Shown one piece after another: positions 16,653-31,047 of a stretch of DNA of 60,000 nucleotides. The position numbers were made by a program, and so were the translations under genes. The notes beneath the pieces were generated by a model, which saw nothing but the letters and a program-made list of their open reading frames with translations, did not search any database and was not told the DNA's origin. Source of the DNA: Schmidtea polychroa (taxonomy: Eukaryota); assembly GCA_044892525.1 (NCBI GenBank), contig CM097885.1, positions 1,800,001 through 1,860,000 of the forward strand, written 5' to 3'. Positions within the stretch are counted from its first letter, which is position 1, and each line of letters starts with the position of its first letter.

Positions 16653-17126
16653 ATCTTAAGTGTAGCAAAATTTTGATTTTTGATAAATACCTTTGCAATC
16701 GGCAATGGGATAATCGGTCTTTTCCTACATTGCTATGTCCCCTAACAAGTCGTGTATTCCACAGTGAATTGAGCTCTTTAACTATCCTATACTTATCTGT
16801 CTCTTAAATTTGATCATCTATTTTGTCTATTAAATTTTAGCATATGATTTATAATTATTGGTTTCAATGAGATGATAATTTCATGTTTTATAATAACAGC
16901 TTTCTCTATATCTCTTCTTACCTTCTGATCATTTTATCATATTTTGGAACTAAGCCGTTTATGTTTTTAACCCTGTAGTGGATTACGAGGGGAAACACCT
17001 CAGGCTCATAATTATTCACTATCTTCTACAGTCATAAATCATAACTTCACATTGTCCCCTTCACAGCCCTATATAACCATTGTTTGACCACTAAGTCTGT
17101 ACTGACTCTCACTCCAAGTGTTCTTT

Positions 17127-17842
17127 GTCGTAATTATCAAGATAAGACGCAACACAAAACACTTTATTAAATTTCAACAAGTTTCGATACAAAATTCTCA
17201 ATGACAATCCTTTCGTTCTGCTCTCCTTCAGAAAGCAGGTAACCTTAAAGAAGATCGCTTATATGAGATTTGACTATAACTTCCCCCTTATTACAAATTT
17301 GAACTGGTACGTCTAATCTTCTTACTTGCTTTCCTCTCTTCGACCAACTGGGAGTTTCCCAACAGTGCGTTTCCTTATAGATTGTTGTTAATCTCGCTTA
17401 ATCAGATAATTGAATTAGTCATCAACCAGAGATTTTTAGAAAAGAAAATAATTAAACAGGCGCTCTTGTTCAAAAGTCTCGTTTCCTAATTCAAAACTAA
17501 TAGTCTTTATTAATTTTGAAAGGAGGCCTCATTTTATTATGCTCTTGTTTACTGCTCGGGTTTCCCAGAATAACTAATAAATTATTTATTTATTTTTAAT
17601 TAATTTATATTTATGAATATCTTTTTATGGGCACCTCATATTGGTTTCATATTAGTATATCTGTGTTCGTCTCAACGTTCGCTATCCCTACATACTAATT
17701 GCCTTTGAATACATCATTTTGATTGGTTATAAATTTTTAATTACTTTCGAATTTTAATAGTTTTTGGCATTTTATTGATCTGCATATTTAATAATCTTGC
17801 ATATTCAAACTTATTTTGAGCTACTTTATACAAACCCTAACA
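17127..17842 (-). mobile_element. Probable degraded solo LTR related to 18250-18980
   Basis: Shares CTTCGACCAACTGG, CTCGGGTTT and AACCCTAACA end with the neighbouring LTR; left boundary uncertain. Confidence 0.4.
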
Positions 17843-18249
17843 TAATTATTACAATATCGTTCAACTCTAGCTGATTAATCGAAAATTTAGAATGTGAACA
17901 ATATCGGTCAAAGTTAAACACCAAACTCATTTACCAAAATTCACAAAAATAAATAATAAAAAAATATATAAATATATGTAAAAAAACATAGATTGAATTC
18001 GAACAGTCTCAATTTAAGCAAGACGATGGAAGATGGACAGGGGTCCACTAACTCACATACCCCTCGTGGGAAAACGTTTTTGAAAATTTCGTACGTCATA
18101 TCGACTTTAAAATTATGGGCTTGCTAACTCAAAGTTGATTAATGGGAGTTTCTGACTGTGTATTTCGGCGATCAATGGCTCATTTTGAAGGGATTTCCTA
18201 AGTGTCATTTGGAGACTTTTATGAAAAAATTTGAAAAATTTCTGAAATT

Positions 18250-18980
18250 TGTTGGGTATTTGGTGCAAGTCGGTATCACTGTCTGACTCCTTCGTGCCCT
18301 TTGAAAATAAGTTAAACACCCAACACAAAATCTTTATTAGAGATTAATACAGTTACACTTTTGTTACACTGTTTATTGATTCCACCCCACTTGATACAAC
18401 CCCTTTTTGCACCTTTCAACACTACTGGAAATCTTACTTAGGGATGAATCTTCCAATGGGAGATATCCCTTTCTGATACGCTCGATTTAAATTATTCAAT
18501 TGACACTTGTTTCCTTTTCTTCGACCAACTGGCCGCTTGTTCACTTATGAGGTCTCTTTTTAGACAATTTATGAGAGGCCAATTATCTAGAAAATTGCGC
18601 TAAATTATTTCCCCGGGACCTAAAATCAATATTTGATGGTTTTTAGATAACTTTAATTTGTTTACCCTTGATTAGGGCTCAACATATTCCTTCTTTTATT
18701 TTGTTGCTCGGGTCTCACTGCGCATCGGGTTTCCTACAGCGCTCGGGTTTTCCATTACTGATTAATTAATTTTAATTAATTTTTTTTCTCGCATTAACTT
18801 TCCTTGTAAACATCTTATTAAATTTCTGAACTCGTCTATCAATTTGGCGTTCAACCATACCCGATGTTGATTTTTGATTTTTAGTAAATTTTAATAAATT
18901 TTAAACTTTTACTGATTTTGACATTATTTGTTATGCCTTCCTTTTATATAAATTTTTTGGTTTTTGCGCTAACCCCAACA
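18250..18980 (-). mobile_element. Solo LTR (Gypsy-type 4-bp TSD)
   Basis: TGTTGGG...CCCAACA inverted ends; AATT on both flanks. Confidence 0.75.
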
Positions 18981-19490
18981 AATTTGAAAATCCAAAACAA
19001 TAAATCGCTACAAAAATTATTACACGAATAAAAATTATTACAATTGAATACAATAAAAATATGTATTCACCACCAACAATATAAAAATAAAGCCGTTAAA
19101 AGATATTTTGGTTTTTTTCCAAGATTTATTAAATCAGCTGGTATTGGGAGTTGGGTCAACGTCATTCATACCATCGTCATCATAGTTCATAGCAGGGGTC
19201 GACAACCTTTTTCGGATTTTCCAATTAAATTTTTTATGTGACCCGCACATTAAAATGTATCTTAAATAGCGCTTTCATATCATAAACGAGTATAAATATT
19301 ATTAAAAATAAATATAGAAAAAATATATTATTTTTAACATGCTATTTTTAACAATAATATCAGAGAACAAAAATTTTGCAACTCTTAAAAAGGAAAAAAA
19401 AATAAAATTTTAATTACATATATAGTTAAACATACATGGCAATGATTTAATTATAAGATAATGCCAATCAAACATTCTTTTCACGATTAA

Positions 19491-19517
19491 TTTGGACAGT
19501 TTGCCTGTCATCATCAG
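19491..19517 (-). ncRNA. Degenerate minimal hammerhead ribozyme core in Penelope pLTR
   Basis: CTGATGA-T-GACAG-GCAAA-CTGTC-CAAA; GAAA box mutated. Confidence 0.55.
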
Positions 19518-19756
19518 GTTGGATATAATAACTCATTAAATTAAAGATTTTAAACAAATTTATTATTTATATAAAAAATTTTTTTTATTTTATAAAAACA
19601 ATAATTATTTTTAAAAAAATTATACCTAAATTAATATATTATTTTTTTAAAATTTTAGCATTTAAAATTTAATTTAATAATTTAAAAAATTTTTATTAAT
19701 TATTTAATTTAATACAACAATCAATACATACAATATTAAAAAACCTATTTAAAAAC

Positions 19757-21454
19757 TTATTTAAAAACACTCAACACACAAGTATTTACTGCATTCTGCA
19801 CATTAATTTTCGGATTCAATGATTTTATCAACAACGCCTCACAAATCACACGTTCCCAATAATTATCGAAATTTTTTAATAAAATTTTAAAATCAGACAT
19901 ACCTATTTTAATCTTACAGCCCTTATTGTGCTCACCAATATGGGTCAAAGCCTTCGGTCTACAATGTTCTCGAGCTCGAATATAGAGATGACGGGAAGTC
20001 TCTCCAATGTATGTTGAAGTTGACACTATCCTATAGTTTAAATTCCCTAACTGCTTTCTTATCTTAACTTTATAATCCTTAAAACCTTCTGAGTACGGCA
20101 ATATTAACACAAATTTAGGCTCATCATCCTTGCTCACACTATTTAATTTATTTAACTCATCAGACTCACACATCTCAACAAGATCACACCAAGATTTTCT
20201 CAACCATGGATCCTTAGGAATTTTAATAAATTTGTCAACAATCTCTTTCACCATAATTACTAAAAAGGATTTTGAATAACCATTCTTCATTAACAATTCA
20301 ATCAATTTGTCAACACTTTTTACTGAATTTTTAAAAGTAGAAGACAAAGACCATGCACGATAAATCAACCCCTTCACCATATTTCTTTTATACTTGAATT
20401 CACAAAAACTTTCGGAAGAAGTATAGAGACCAGTATCAGTTGGTTTTCTATAAATCTCTGTCTAATAGTGTTTCTCTTTGCGTTGTATTAACAGATCCAA
20501 GGAAGCAAGCGATGATTTTTTCTCCGTTTCACATGTGAATACAATGTTTTTATGTAGACTATTCATATAATGCAAAAACGGGTCAACATGCCTCTGATTT
20601 TCAAATATAAGAAAAATATCATCCACATACTGTTTATAAACAGTGGGTTTCATACCTTGGAAAGATGCAATTTTCTTTTCTAAGCTTGTTAAATAAATTG
20701 AAGCCATCGTTGGTGCTAAAGGAGAACCCATAGCAACTCCGTCTATTTGTTGATACCATTCATTATTGAAAAGAAAATTGATTTTTGAAGTTGCAAATAC
20801 AAGAAGTTCACGAAATGCTGTTCTATCCAAAATATGATGTTCAGAAATATTTTCATTCCATAACAAGCAACATAATTCAATTGTTTCAACCAATGGTACA
20901 TTAGTAAACAGACTACAAACATCAGACGAAACCATAATTTCATCCATACTCTGTCTATCATATTGTGCAATGCAGGAAACAAATTCAAAACTATCTTTAC
21001 ATTCAAATTCTGATCGCATTAATGGTTTCAATAATCCATCTACGTCATCTTTATGGATTTTTGGAAGCCCATACATTTTTGCTGGTTGTGATCCCATTGG
21101 GCGAATAGATTTAAACAACTCTTCATCAATTTGCTTATTTTTAATTAATTTATTCAGTATTTCTTTCAACAAATTCTCATCTTTAAGAGGAGGCTGTATT
21201 CCATTTTTTCGAGAAATCTCTATTTTCACAAACTGGGGAGCGTTCAAAACATCATTAAGCTTATTTACATATACATCATGGTCGAGAATTACCAATCCAT
21301 TTCCTTTGTCAAACTTGCATATATTGATGTCTTTTTTAGCTAAATTTTTTAAAACAGTAAACTCTTTAATATTCTGCTTTTTATTTTTATCAATATACTC
21401 CATCGTACTCAAACTCAACACACTCTTCACATAATTAGTATTAATATCCTTCAT
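19757..21454 (-). pseudogene. Penelope RT/GIY-YIG endonuclease ORF, one in-frame stop at 20462-20464 plus probable deletions
   Basis: YGLPKIHK, DVCSLFTNVP, GVAMGSPLAP, YVDD, IYRKPTDT, YIGETSRHLYIRAREH. Confidence 0.9.
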
Positions 21455-21593
21455 CGATCTAAGTATATGAAAGTATAAACTTTCAATATTCGCACGTCAT
21501 TTTGTTTCATTAATTCTTTTTATATATAATTAATTTTTTATATATAATTAAATTTGTTTAAAATCCTAAATTTAATCAGTTATTATATCCCAC

Positions 21594-21620
21594 CTGATGA
21601 TGACAGGAAAACTGTCAAAA
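21594..21620 (+). ncRNA. Degenerate minimal hammerhead ribozyme core, second (inverted) pLTR copy
   Basis: CTGATGA-T-GACAG-GAAAA-CTGTC-AAAA; GAAA box mutated. Confidence 0.55.
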
Positions 21621-22917
21621 TTAATCGTGAAAAGAATGTTTGATTGGCGTTGTATAAGAAAAATATCATCCACATACCGTTTATAAACAGTGGGTTTCAT
21701 AAATTGGAAATAGGCAATTTTCTTTTCTAAGCTTGTTATATGTATATGGAAAATATGAAAATAGCAAATTTTTCAGTTTTTTGTTCTTGAATATTCTCTG
21801 TTAATTCATTTAAGTCCGGTTTTTTTTGGGATGCTGAGATCCTTAACAAGTGTCGTAAATTTTCATCCGTCAACCTCGTTCTATATTTTGATTTTTGAAA
21901 TTCATTCTTGAAAATGTTTGTTCGCATAAATAGGTGCTTGAAAAGATACAAATCATTGATTGGGAAATTTGTTTTCTGGTAGATTTGAATAAAATGCAAT
22001 TAAATTATTTTTATAAACGTTTTTAGATTGCAAATCAATTAGATCTAGTTGTAAATTGTCTGGTGCTTTAACAATATTAAATTTAAGAGGATTTTCAAAT
22101 ATTAATATGTCCATTTCTTTTGCATAAAAATCTTGAAAACGATGACGAAAATTCTCCTCAATTACTTTTAGTGACTCAATAAAAATATTCCAAGGACATT
22201 GTTTGTCTTTTATGTTCAAAAACGTTTTCAAAGTAAGAAAATGACAATAATTATTCTTTTCAAGTTGAGTAATAAACAATTTTATTTTAAGCTGGAAACT
22301 TTTGACTTCTGTAAATAGCTCGTTGATTAACTTAACTTTGCGTTAAATTAAATTTATTGAGGTAAGCTCTAATGTCCACAAGAATCGCTAACTCGCTTAT
22401 CCATTTACAATTAGATAGCTCTGGTATAATATTTCCTTTTGCAGTCAAAAACATTTCAATCTCGTCTCTCAACTCGAAAAATCTTTTTAAAACTTCCCCA
22501 CGACTGAGCCATTATAATATCTTCATATTCTGCGTATATTTCATTTCAATGGTTCATACCATTTTTACTAGAATATTCATAACATTTTCCAAATTTACAG
22601 CTTTTTCGCAAAGTGCAAATTGATGGATAATGCAATGAAGGGGAGGAGGAGGCTGTATAATATTCAATTCTTTTAATTTTTTATTAATCATACCCATCAA
22701 ACCAGTATTATGGCCCGTCATGTTCTTTGCACCGTCAGTTGTAACATTTTTAATCTTTCCCACTTAAGGTCATACATTTTGAAAACATCTAATAGTTGCA
22801 AAAATATATTTTCACCTCTTGTATTCCCATGGAGGCTTTTCAATGCAGAAAGTTCTTCTGTTACACAAAATTGTTGACCAATTCCACGGATAAAACTCAA
22901 CGATTGAGCAGTGCTAG

Positions 22918-23812
22918 TGTTAGGGATAGGCCCCTGGGCTTAAATTATTTTTCAAAAAATAGAATTAGGAGAAGTAAACGTGATCATAAAAGAGACATGT
23001 GATAATAATCGATTAGTAAAAAGTACTTTGGTTGTATTGAAAAGAAAAGAAATTTGTGAATTGAAACCATCTGTGGCAGATTATCGTCAAATCTAGAATT
23101 AAAGTAGCTGTTGAGTATTGAGGGAAATGATTAAAAAGGACACAGCTGTTGTATTAGAGAAGAAGCTTAATTAAATATTTACCAGCACGTAAACAGAAAG
23201 AAAAGGGAAGATCAAAATACAGCTGTGCTCAATAAACATATAAATAAAAAGCAACATTGTTGGAGATGAGGGTTATAAAATTGAGGGAGCAGAAGAAATT
23301 AGACAGATTTGAAAAATCTAGAGAAGAATTATTTATGAACAGAAACGAGAATATTTAAAAGTAAAATTTAATTTAATTTTAATTTAATTAAATATAAGGG
23401 TGGTTGAGGATAAATTAGTATCCTGTGAACTAGTAAAATTTAGCGAACACAAAGTATAGATCTTCTACTTTAGTGTTCCCTGGGAGCCCCAAAATCATTC
23501 CCTCTTGCTTGCCCAACTCTTTTAGTCATATTGCGATTGTTGTGCTACATAGGAGCCAACAATTTCTTGCAGACTGTTGACAACAGTAGGGATCAAAGAA
23601 TCCTATATCTGAATTGTTCTGTAAATTATTTGTTTATAAAATTCTAATAAAAGTATTTGAAAAAGGAAGTTGTTGAGTTTTGTTTTTTATAAATTACACG
23701 CAACCACACGAAAAAGTTATTTATAAATAACTATATTTATATTTATATTTATATTTAAATTAAATTGGAGTCAACTGTGTTGAGATCAACCCCCATCTTT
23801 TTGATCTTAACA
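22918..23812 (+). mobile_element. Solo LTR, 895 bp
   Basis: TGTTAGGGAT...ATCTTAACA; 4-bp TSD CTAG; removal restores transposase DESNDITSTAQ. Confidence 0.9.
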
Positions 23813-25460
23813 CTAGTTATATCGTTGCTTTCATCAAGTGCTAGTGACAAATACTCAAATTGTGAAGAGTTTTCTCTTAACTTATTAAACATACTTGTTG
23901 ATATATTTCAATACGTCGAACTACTGCACGTGCAGACAAACTAATATCTTCAAAATGCACATAAAATAGCGAACTGGCAAACTGAAAACAGAATGTTACA
24001 CTTGTTAATCGAACTTCGTAGTCGGTGGGATTACTAGTTACTATGCTTTGTCACCACCCACGTTTCGGCACGCTCATGCTCTAAGTTGGTTTACTTATGC
24101 TAAGGAACCCCAGGCGGGCCCATGGACCCCGGGCTGCGAAACCTTGTATTAAAGAATTAGACATTAAATAAATAATAAAATATCTTAATAAAATTAAGAA
24201 ACAAAAACAGATATGATTTAATAAAGTATCAAAAAGTCGCATGAAAATTAGTCAAAAACTAAGATGGCGTCCAAGTAAAACTCGATGTGACTGAACTTCC
24301 ATGCGAATATGAAATAGAAAGTTAATTGAGAGGTTAATTAATTCCAAAAGCAATTTAAAAGGATAAGACAAACAACGAATAAAAATGAGTTTCATATTAT
24401 GTATTAATAAACTCGTACAGCCTAATGGTTTTGATTTCCGTTGCATTCGGACCAATTATTAATGGTTTTTAGAGAATTCCCATATAATTTCTTATTATCA
24501 GTGAACCTCAGGAAGTTCAACCTTTCTGATCTAAGGTTTAACAATTCTCGGATAGGAAATGACCACTTGTTTGGCCCATTCAAGGACTTTCTTCAAAATC
24601 ACAGGAGAAAATTTTTCCTCGAAGCAAGGGTAAGACGAGTTAGATGATTTTACCTAATTAGTAAATACTGGAAAGCAGGAACTTCATTGTAGCTGAAATG
24701 AGCAGTCAAAATCAAGTTTCCATAATTGAGCGAATAAATTGACATCGAGAACCGAACTTCACAAGTCTTTGTATAAATATTTATTATAAATAAAATTTAC
24801 CGAAAATAAACAATTTCAGTTCTTGAATAATTTGCACAATTATTTCGAACAGTTATTACCACTTGATGATTTCTTTAATTACTTCCTTCGAACTGCTTGC
24901 AAAATTATATATGTTGTGTTTTATGTTATGTAGTGCGTGCTATGTCTTAGTAAGTTGGGTCGAAATGTGAATCGTTTCTGTCTGATTCTGGTTTTATAAT
25001 ATTCTCAGGATTAACCTTCGAATAAGTGTCTTGAACGCTAATTTTTTGGGCAGTTTGTACTAAAAATGGTTGGGTATTTATACTATTTCATATGTCAATA
25101 AAATAAAATATTTTAATGTCCGGCATAAACACACAGAATATATTTACTACATTTTTAATGATTTTTTAACATCTGTTTATTAATTATAGTTTTATAATAT
25201 TATAATTTCTTTTTGATCGACAGCTGTTTCCTTTTAGCTATAGTTTTTTAATATTATATTTTTAATAAAATAATTACAGACTATTAGATTAATATTATTA
25301 TTATTTTTATTATTTTTTCTAAAATTAATTAATTTACCCTTATGTAAAATATTAAATATGTATACGGAAAGATATATTAACAACTATAAATATAATACAT
25401 ATAATCCATATACCAAGAATAAAATAAGTAAAAATAGTCACACCTAAAGGATCATATATA

Positions 25461-26810
25461 CAGGGCCGGCTTTAGTTGGAAGCGGTGGATGCAAAGCATC
25501 GGGGCGCCTCTCGGAAAGGGCGCTAAAAATTTAGAATTTTAGTTTCTTTTTAATATTTAACAAAAAAACCATTAACAAATTTTTTTTTAATAAGAATTTT
25601 TTTTTTTTTTTTAAATAAAATTTCCTTGAAAAACTACTGGCCTACTAGTTTTCGAAGTGTTTAAGAATTGTTTAATTATTTCGCAAAACAAAATAAATTA
25701 TACATGCATAAATTTATTTTGAAACGGCCTGCTATATTCGGTTTAGTTATTTCGATTAAAAAAATTAATGCTAAAAAAAATTATTTTAAAAGTCTCCCAG
25801 TTCTATTCAGTTTTCAATCAGTTCAGTTGTTATTTGGTAAACTTTTTTCGCTAATAAAAAAAAATTTAATATTAAAATTTTAATAGTAAAATAAAAAAGT
25901 GTTCAGTACAGTTTAATAGTAAAAAAGTGTTTTGTTTCAGTACATTAGTTATTTTGCGGAATTGAATCATTGTACGGTGGTAGGTATTATTTAATTATTT
26001 TTATCTTTACTTCTAAAATTTATATTTTTTTAATTAAAAAAATTTTTATTAGCTTACCTATATCATAAAATATGAATTCAAAGACAAAATTATCCGGGTG
26101 TGAAAATCGAAAACGAAAGGCGAAGAGAGAGTTGGAGGAACAAAAAAATCAGGGAAGCCTTAACCAATATTTAAAAAAAGCAAATTTGACAATACCTACA
26201 ATAACGTTAACGGATGATCAGATTATTCCAGAGGATAGCACAAATGGTGAAGTTAGAAATAATGCCACTAATGAGACACAATCTATAAATTTACAAACAG
26301 AAATAACATCTTCATCTAACAAAGAGCTTCAAACCATACATTTAACTGAAACTATAAGTAATAGTGCTGATTTTCATTCAATTGATCCCGCAACTTGGCC
26401 TAAATTTATTAATGATAAAATTAGAAAAATTATTATTGAGCAAGGACCAATGCAAATAAGGAAAGAAGTTTATCGCCGTGATGATGATGGACGAAGTTTT
26501 ACTAATTATTATTACAATCGTAAATTACCTAATAATGAAATTATACCAAGATCATGGTTAGTTTATTCAAGTTCAGCAAACCGTGTTTTCTGTTTTTGTT
26601 GTAAATTGTTTATAAATCAAATAGAAGGAAACCAGCATTTGATTATAAATGGTTTTAGTTGCTGGAGAAATTTGTCAAAAACACTTGCAGCTCATGAAGT
26701 TAGTACATTACATGTTAATTGTTTTTTAAAGTGGACTCAATTAAAAAATATATACACCATTGTTATAAAATAAATATCAAGAATAGTCAATTATTAGAAT
26801 CACAAAAGAT
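25461..26810 (+). mobile_element. 5' fragment of a second ZMYM1-like hAT transposon (ORF 26072-26773)
   Basis: CAGGGCCGGC terminus; KLSGCENRKRK, DPATWP, RSWLVYS..VFCFCCKLF..GF..W..L..HE..H zinc-finger region homologous to 15491-16141; catalytic part absent. Confidence 0.8.
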
Positions 26811-27589
26811 AATGATATTGTTTTTGGACTGTATTGGATTGGATTGAATAACATAAGGAAGGATTGAATATTCGATTGTTCACAAATATTATTTTATTAG
26901 GTTGATTCGAGTTGGTTGTGTTATTAGGTTATCTGGGTCTACCGTCTCTCCTCGGCACATATATTGACCTTATATCTCCTGGGCCCTGTTTTATAATATT
27001 TGTTGAGGTTAAATGTGGTGATAGGCCTACCCTCATCATCCAACATAAATTAAACTCAACATGAAAACTAAATCACGATGAGAACGTGTGAACGACTCGT
27101 TTGTTTTCCAAAATGCGTTGATAATGATGATAGCGCTAATCACAACTCTAAATTCTATGTAGTGAACAAATATTCATTATCTAAGTAGGTAACCCGTAGT
27201 AGAGAAAATACCATTTAATGTCGGAAATAAAGAATATTTCCTCAACAGAATATAACCTCGTAAATGAGGACAGAATTATCCACCGATATTATGTCTCATT
27301 TAATTATCTAAATAGTAGCAACGAAATTCAAGAATTTCAGTAGGTAGATAGTGGCCCGCTGCCGCAATTACCCCCCCCCGGGGGGGGGGGGGGTCTGCGG
27401 CAGCTTTTTTTTTGCGGCAAATTTTTTTTTTGCAGCAACTTTTGGTTACGCAATTGCGGCAACTCAAAATTTTTGCTTTTCAGGGATTTTTAGTCCAAAT
27501 TTTTTTTATCACACTATAGCGAGGGGGTCTCGATGGACCTGGGATTTTCAATACAAAAAAATTTTTTTCAATACGAAAAGGTGGTCTCA

Positions 27590-29310
27590 ATAAAAAAGCA
27601 TGGATTTATCCCACTATAGTGAGGGGGTCTCCTTGGTCCTGAGAAAAAGGTGGTCTACACTAAAAAACAGTGGCAATTTAAAGTCTCAGGATATTTTCAA
27701 TACAAAAATCCGACTACCACTAAAAAAAGCATGGATTTTTCTAGGTCAATTCAGGTGGGTCTCCTTGGTCCTGAGAAAAAGGTGGTCTACACTAAAAAAC
27801 AATGGCAATTTAAGGTCTAAGGATATTTTCAATACAAAAATTCGACTACCACTAAAAAACAGTGGCAATTTAAGGTCTCAGGATATTTTCAATACAAAAA
27901 TCCGACTACCACTAAAAAAAGCATGGATTTTTCTAGGTCAATTCAGGTGGGTCTCCTTGGTCCTGAGAAAAAGGTGGTCTACAAAAAAAACAGTGGCAAT
28001 TTAAGGTCTCAGGATATTTTCAATACAAAAAGGTGGTCTACACTAAAAAACAGTGGCAATTTAAGGTCTCAGGATATTTTCAATACAAAAATTCGACTAC
28101 CACTAAAAAAAGCATGGATTTTTCTAGGTCAATTCAGGTGGGTCTCCTTGGTCCTGAGAAAAAGGTGGTCTACACTAAAAAACAGTGGCAATTTAAGGTC
28201 TCAGGATATTTTCAATACAAAAATCCGACTACCACTAAAAAAAGCATGGATTTTTCTAGGTCAATTCAGGTGGGTCTCCTTGGTCCTGAGAAAAAGGTGG
28301 TCTACACTAAAAAACAGTGGCAATTTAAGGTCTCAGGATATTTTCAATACAAAAAGGTGGTCTACACTAAAAAACAGTGGCAATTTAAGGTCTCAGGATA
28401 TTTTCAATACAAAAATCCGACTACCACTAAAAAAAGCATGGATTTTCTAGGTCAATTCAGGTGGGTCTCCTTGGTCCTGAGAAAAAGGTGGTCTACACTA
28501 AAAAACAGTGGCAATTTAAGGTCTCAGGATATTTTCAATACAAAAAGGTGGTCTACACTAAAAAACAGTGGCAATTTAAGGTCTCAGGATATTTTCAATA
28601 CAAAAATTCGACTACCACTAAAAAAAGCATGGATTTTTCTAGGTCAATTCAGGTGGGTCTCCTTGGTCCTGAGAAAAAGGTGGTCTACACTAAAAAACAG
28701 TGGCAATTTAAGGTCTCAGGATATTTTCAATACAAAAATCCGACTACCACTAAAAAAAGCATGGATTTTTCTAGGTCAATTCAGGTGGGTCTCCTTGGTC
28801 CTGAGAAAAAGGTGGTCTACACTAAAAAACAGTGGCAATTTAAGGTCTCAGGATATTTTCAATACAAAAAGGTGGTCTACACTAAAAAACAGTGGCAATT
28901 TAAGGTCTCAGGATATTTTCAATACAAAAATCCGACTACCACTAAAAAAAGCATGGATTTTTCTAGCTCAATTCAGGTTGGTCTCCTTGGTCCTGAGAAA
29001 AAGGTGGTCTTCACTAAAAAACAGTGGCAATTTAAGGTCTCAGGATATTTTCAATACAAAAAAACACTTTTCAATACAAAAAGGAGGTCTTCAATAAAAA
29101 AGCATGGATTTTTCTAGGTCAATTCAGGTGGGTCTCCTTGGTCCTGAGAAAAAGGTGGTCTACACTAAAAAACAGTGGCAATTTAAGGTCTCAGGATATT
29201 TTCAATACAAAAATCCGACTACCTTTAAAAAAGCATGGATTTTTCTAGGTCAATTCAGGTGGGTCTCCTTGGTCCTAAGAAAAAGGTGGTCTACACTAAA
29301 AAACGTGGCA
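27590..29310 (+). repeat. Higher-order tandem array of 60-bp and 72-bp modules in outer left arm (mirror at 55135-56174)
   Basis: Modules GGTGGTCTACACTAAAAAACAGTGGCAATTTAAGG... and TCCGACTACCACTAAAAAAAGCATGG... Confidence 0.95.
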
Positions 29311-30953
29311 AATTTTTTCAATTAAAGTAAATAATGGTTCTAAAAAATTAAATTAAATTACAGTAAATTATGGTCCAAATTTTTCAATTACAGTAAATAA
29401 TGGTTCTAAAAAATTAAATTACAGTAAATTATGGTCAAAAATTTTGAATTACAGTATATTATGGTTCAAATTTTTCAATTACAGTAAGTAATGGGTCTAA
29501 AAATTAAATTACAGTTAATTATGGTCCTAAAAAATTAAATTACAGTAAATTATGGTTCTAAAAAATTAAATTACAGTAAATAATGGTCCTAAAAATTAAA
29601 ATACAGTAAATAATGGTCCAAATTTTTAAATTACAGTAAATTAAGGTCCAAATTTTAAATTAAGTAATCAATGGTAAAAAATTTTAAATAAGTAAATTAA
29701 AGTAATAATTTTTAAAATAAGTAATCAATGGTAAAAAATTTTAAATAAGTAAATTAAAGTAATAATTTTTAAATTAAGTAATCAATGGTAAAAAATTTTA
29801 AATAAGTAAATTAAAGTAAATTAAAGTAAGATTTTAAAATTTAATTACAAAATAATAGAAGCTGGTTGAGAATTGAAATTTTTTAATGAAAATTTTTATG
29901 AAATAATTTTTAAGTAATTTTTAATAGAAATTTTAATGAATTATTTTTCAATGGTAATTTTTAATGGAAATTTTTATGAAATATTTTTCAATGATAATTT
30001 TAGATGGAAATTTTTAAGATAATTTTTAATGAAAATTTTTATGAATTATTTTTCAAAGACAAATTTTAATAATAATTCAACAACAAACCAACAACTTAGT
30101 ATCAACAACCAGTAACTTACGAACATGTATTTACAACCAGATACCTACAACTAGTTACTAACAACCTGATACCAACTACTCACAACCCACAACAACCAGC
30201 TACTAAGCATTATCAACCAAGTACCTACAACCACATACCAAGTACTAACAACCGACAACAACCAGCTAACAACTAACTACCACCTACCAAATACTTACAA
30301 CCAACATCAACCAGGTACTAAGCATTATTAACCAACTACCAAGTACTCACAACCGACAACAACCAGGTACTAAGCATCATCAACTAACTACTAAATACCT
30401 ACAACCAACCAATTACCTGATACCAAGTACTAACAGCCAGTTACCTGCTACCAAGTACTAACAACCAACAACCAACTAACAACTAGGTACCAGATACCAA
30501 CTACTTACAACCAACAACTAAGTACTAACAACCAGCTAACAACTAGATACCAAGTACTTACAATCAACAACAACCAACAACTAAGTACTAACAACCAGCC
30601 AACAACTAGATACCTAGTACTAAGCACTGTCAACTAGATACCAAGCACTGACAACCAGATGACCACATGAAATTATTGGTTAAATATGAAAATAAGGATT
30701 ATATTTAGTTGTTAAGTAAATTATGGTGTAAAATTAAGAAATAAAAATAATTAGGTAAATTAAAGTTAAAAATTTTAAATAAGTAAATTAAGGTTCAAAA
30801 TTTAAAATTAAGTATCCAATGGTTCAAATTTTAAATTAAAGCTAAATAAGTAAATTAAAGTAAAATTATTTATTTATTATCAAAAGATTGAATAACCACC
30901 AACTTTTTTGAGAAATGTAATTTATAATGAAAATTTAAATGGAAATTTTAATG

Positions 30954-31047
<94 letters not shown>

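Larger units (their letters stand above)
19461..21737 (-). mobile_element. Penelope-like retroelement (RT + GIY-YIG) with inverted pseudo-LTR copies
   Basis: 19461-19560 is the reverse complement of ~21550-21650; 21653-21737 duplicates RT sequence ~20607-20691. Confidence 0.85.
19193..23960 (-). mobile_element. Degraded hAT (GTF2IRD2/SPIN/Buster-like) transposon interrupted by a Penelope element and a solo LTR
   Basis: End CAGGGGTCGACAACC at 19193; transposase fragments ISLSARAVVRRI, LALDESNDITSTAQ, VTTDGAKNMTG, LHCIIHQ, YRTRLTDENLRHLLRI with many frameshifts. Confidence 0.75.

Noticed and set aside
27590..29310. CRISPR-like appearance of the repeat arrays (also 10602-10925)
   Set aside because: No unique spacers, no cas genes, eukaryotic context
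27600..29325. Long ORFs up to 354 aa (also 55114-56109, 36485-36925, 52957-53397)
   Set aside because: By-products of tandem TIR repeats (60/72/132-bp units are multiples of 3); open in several frames and no domain motifs
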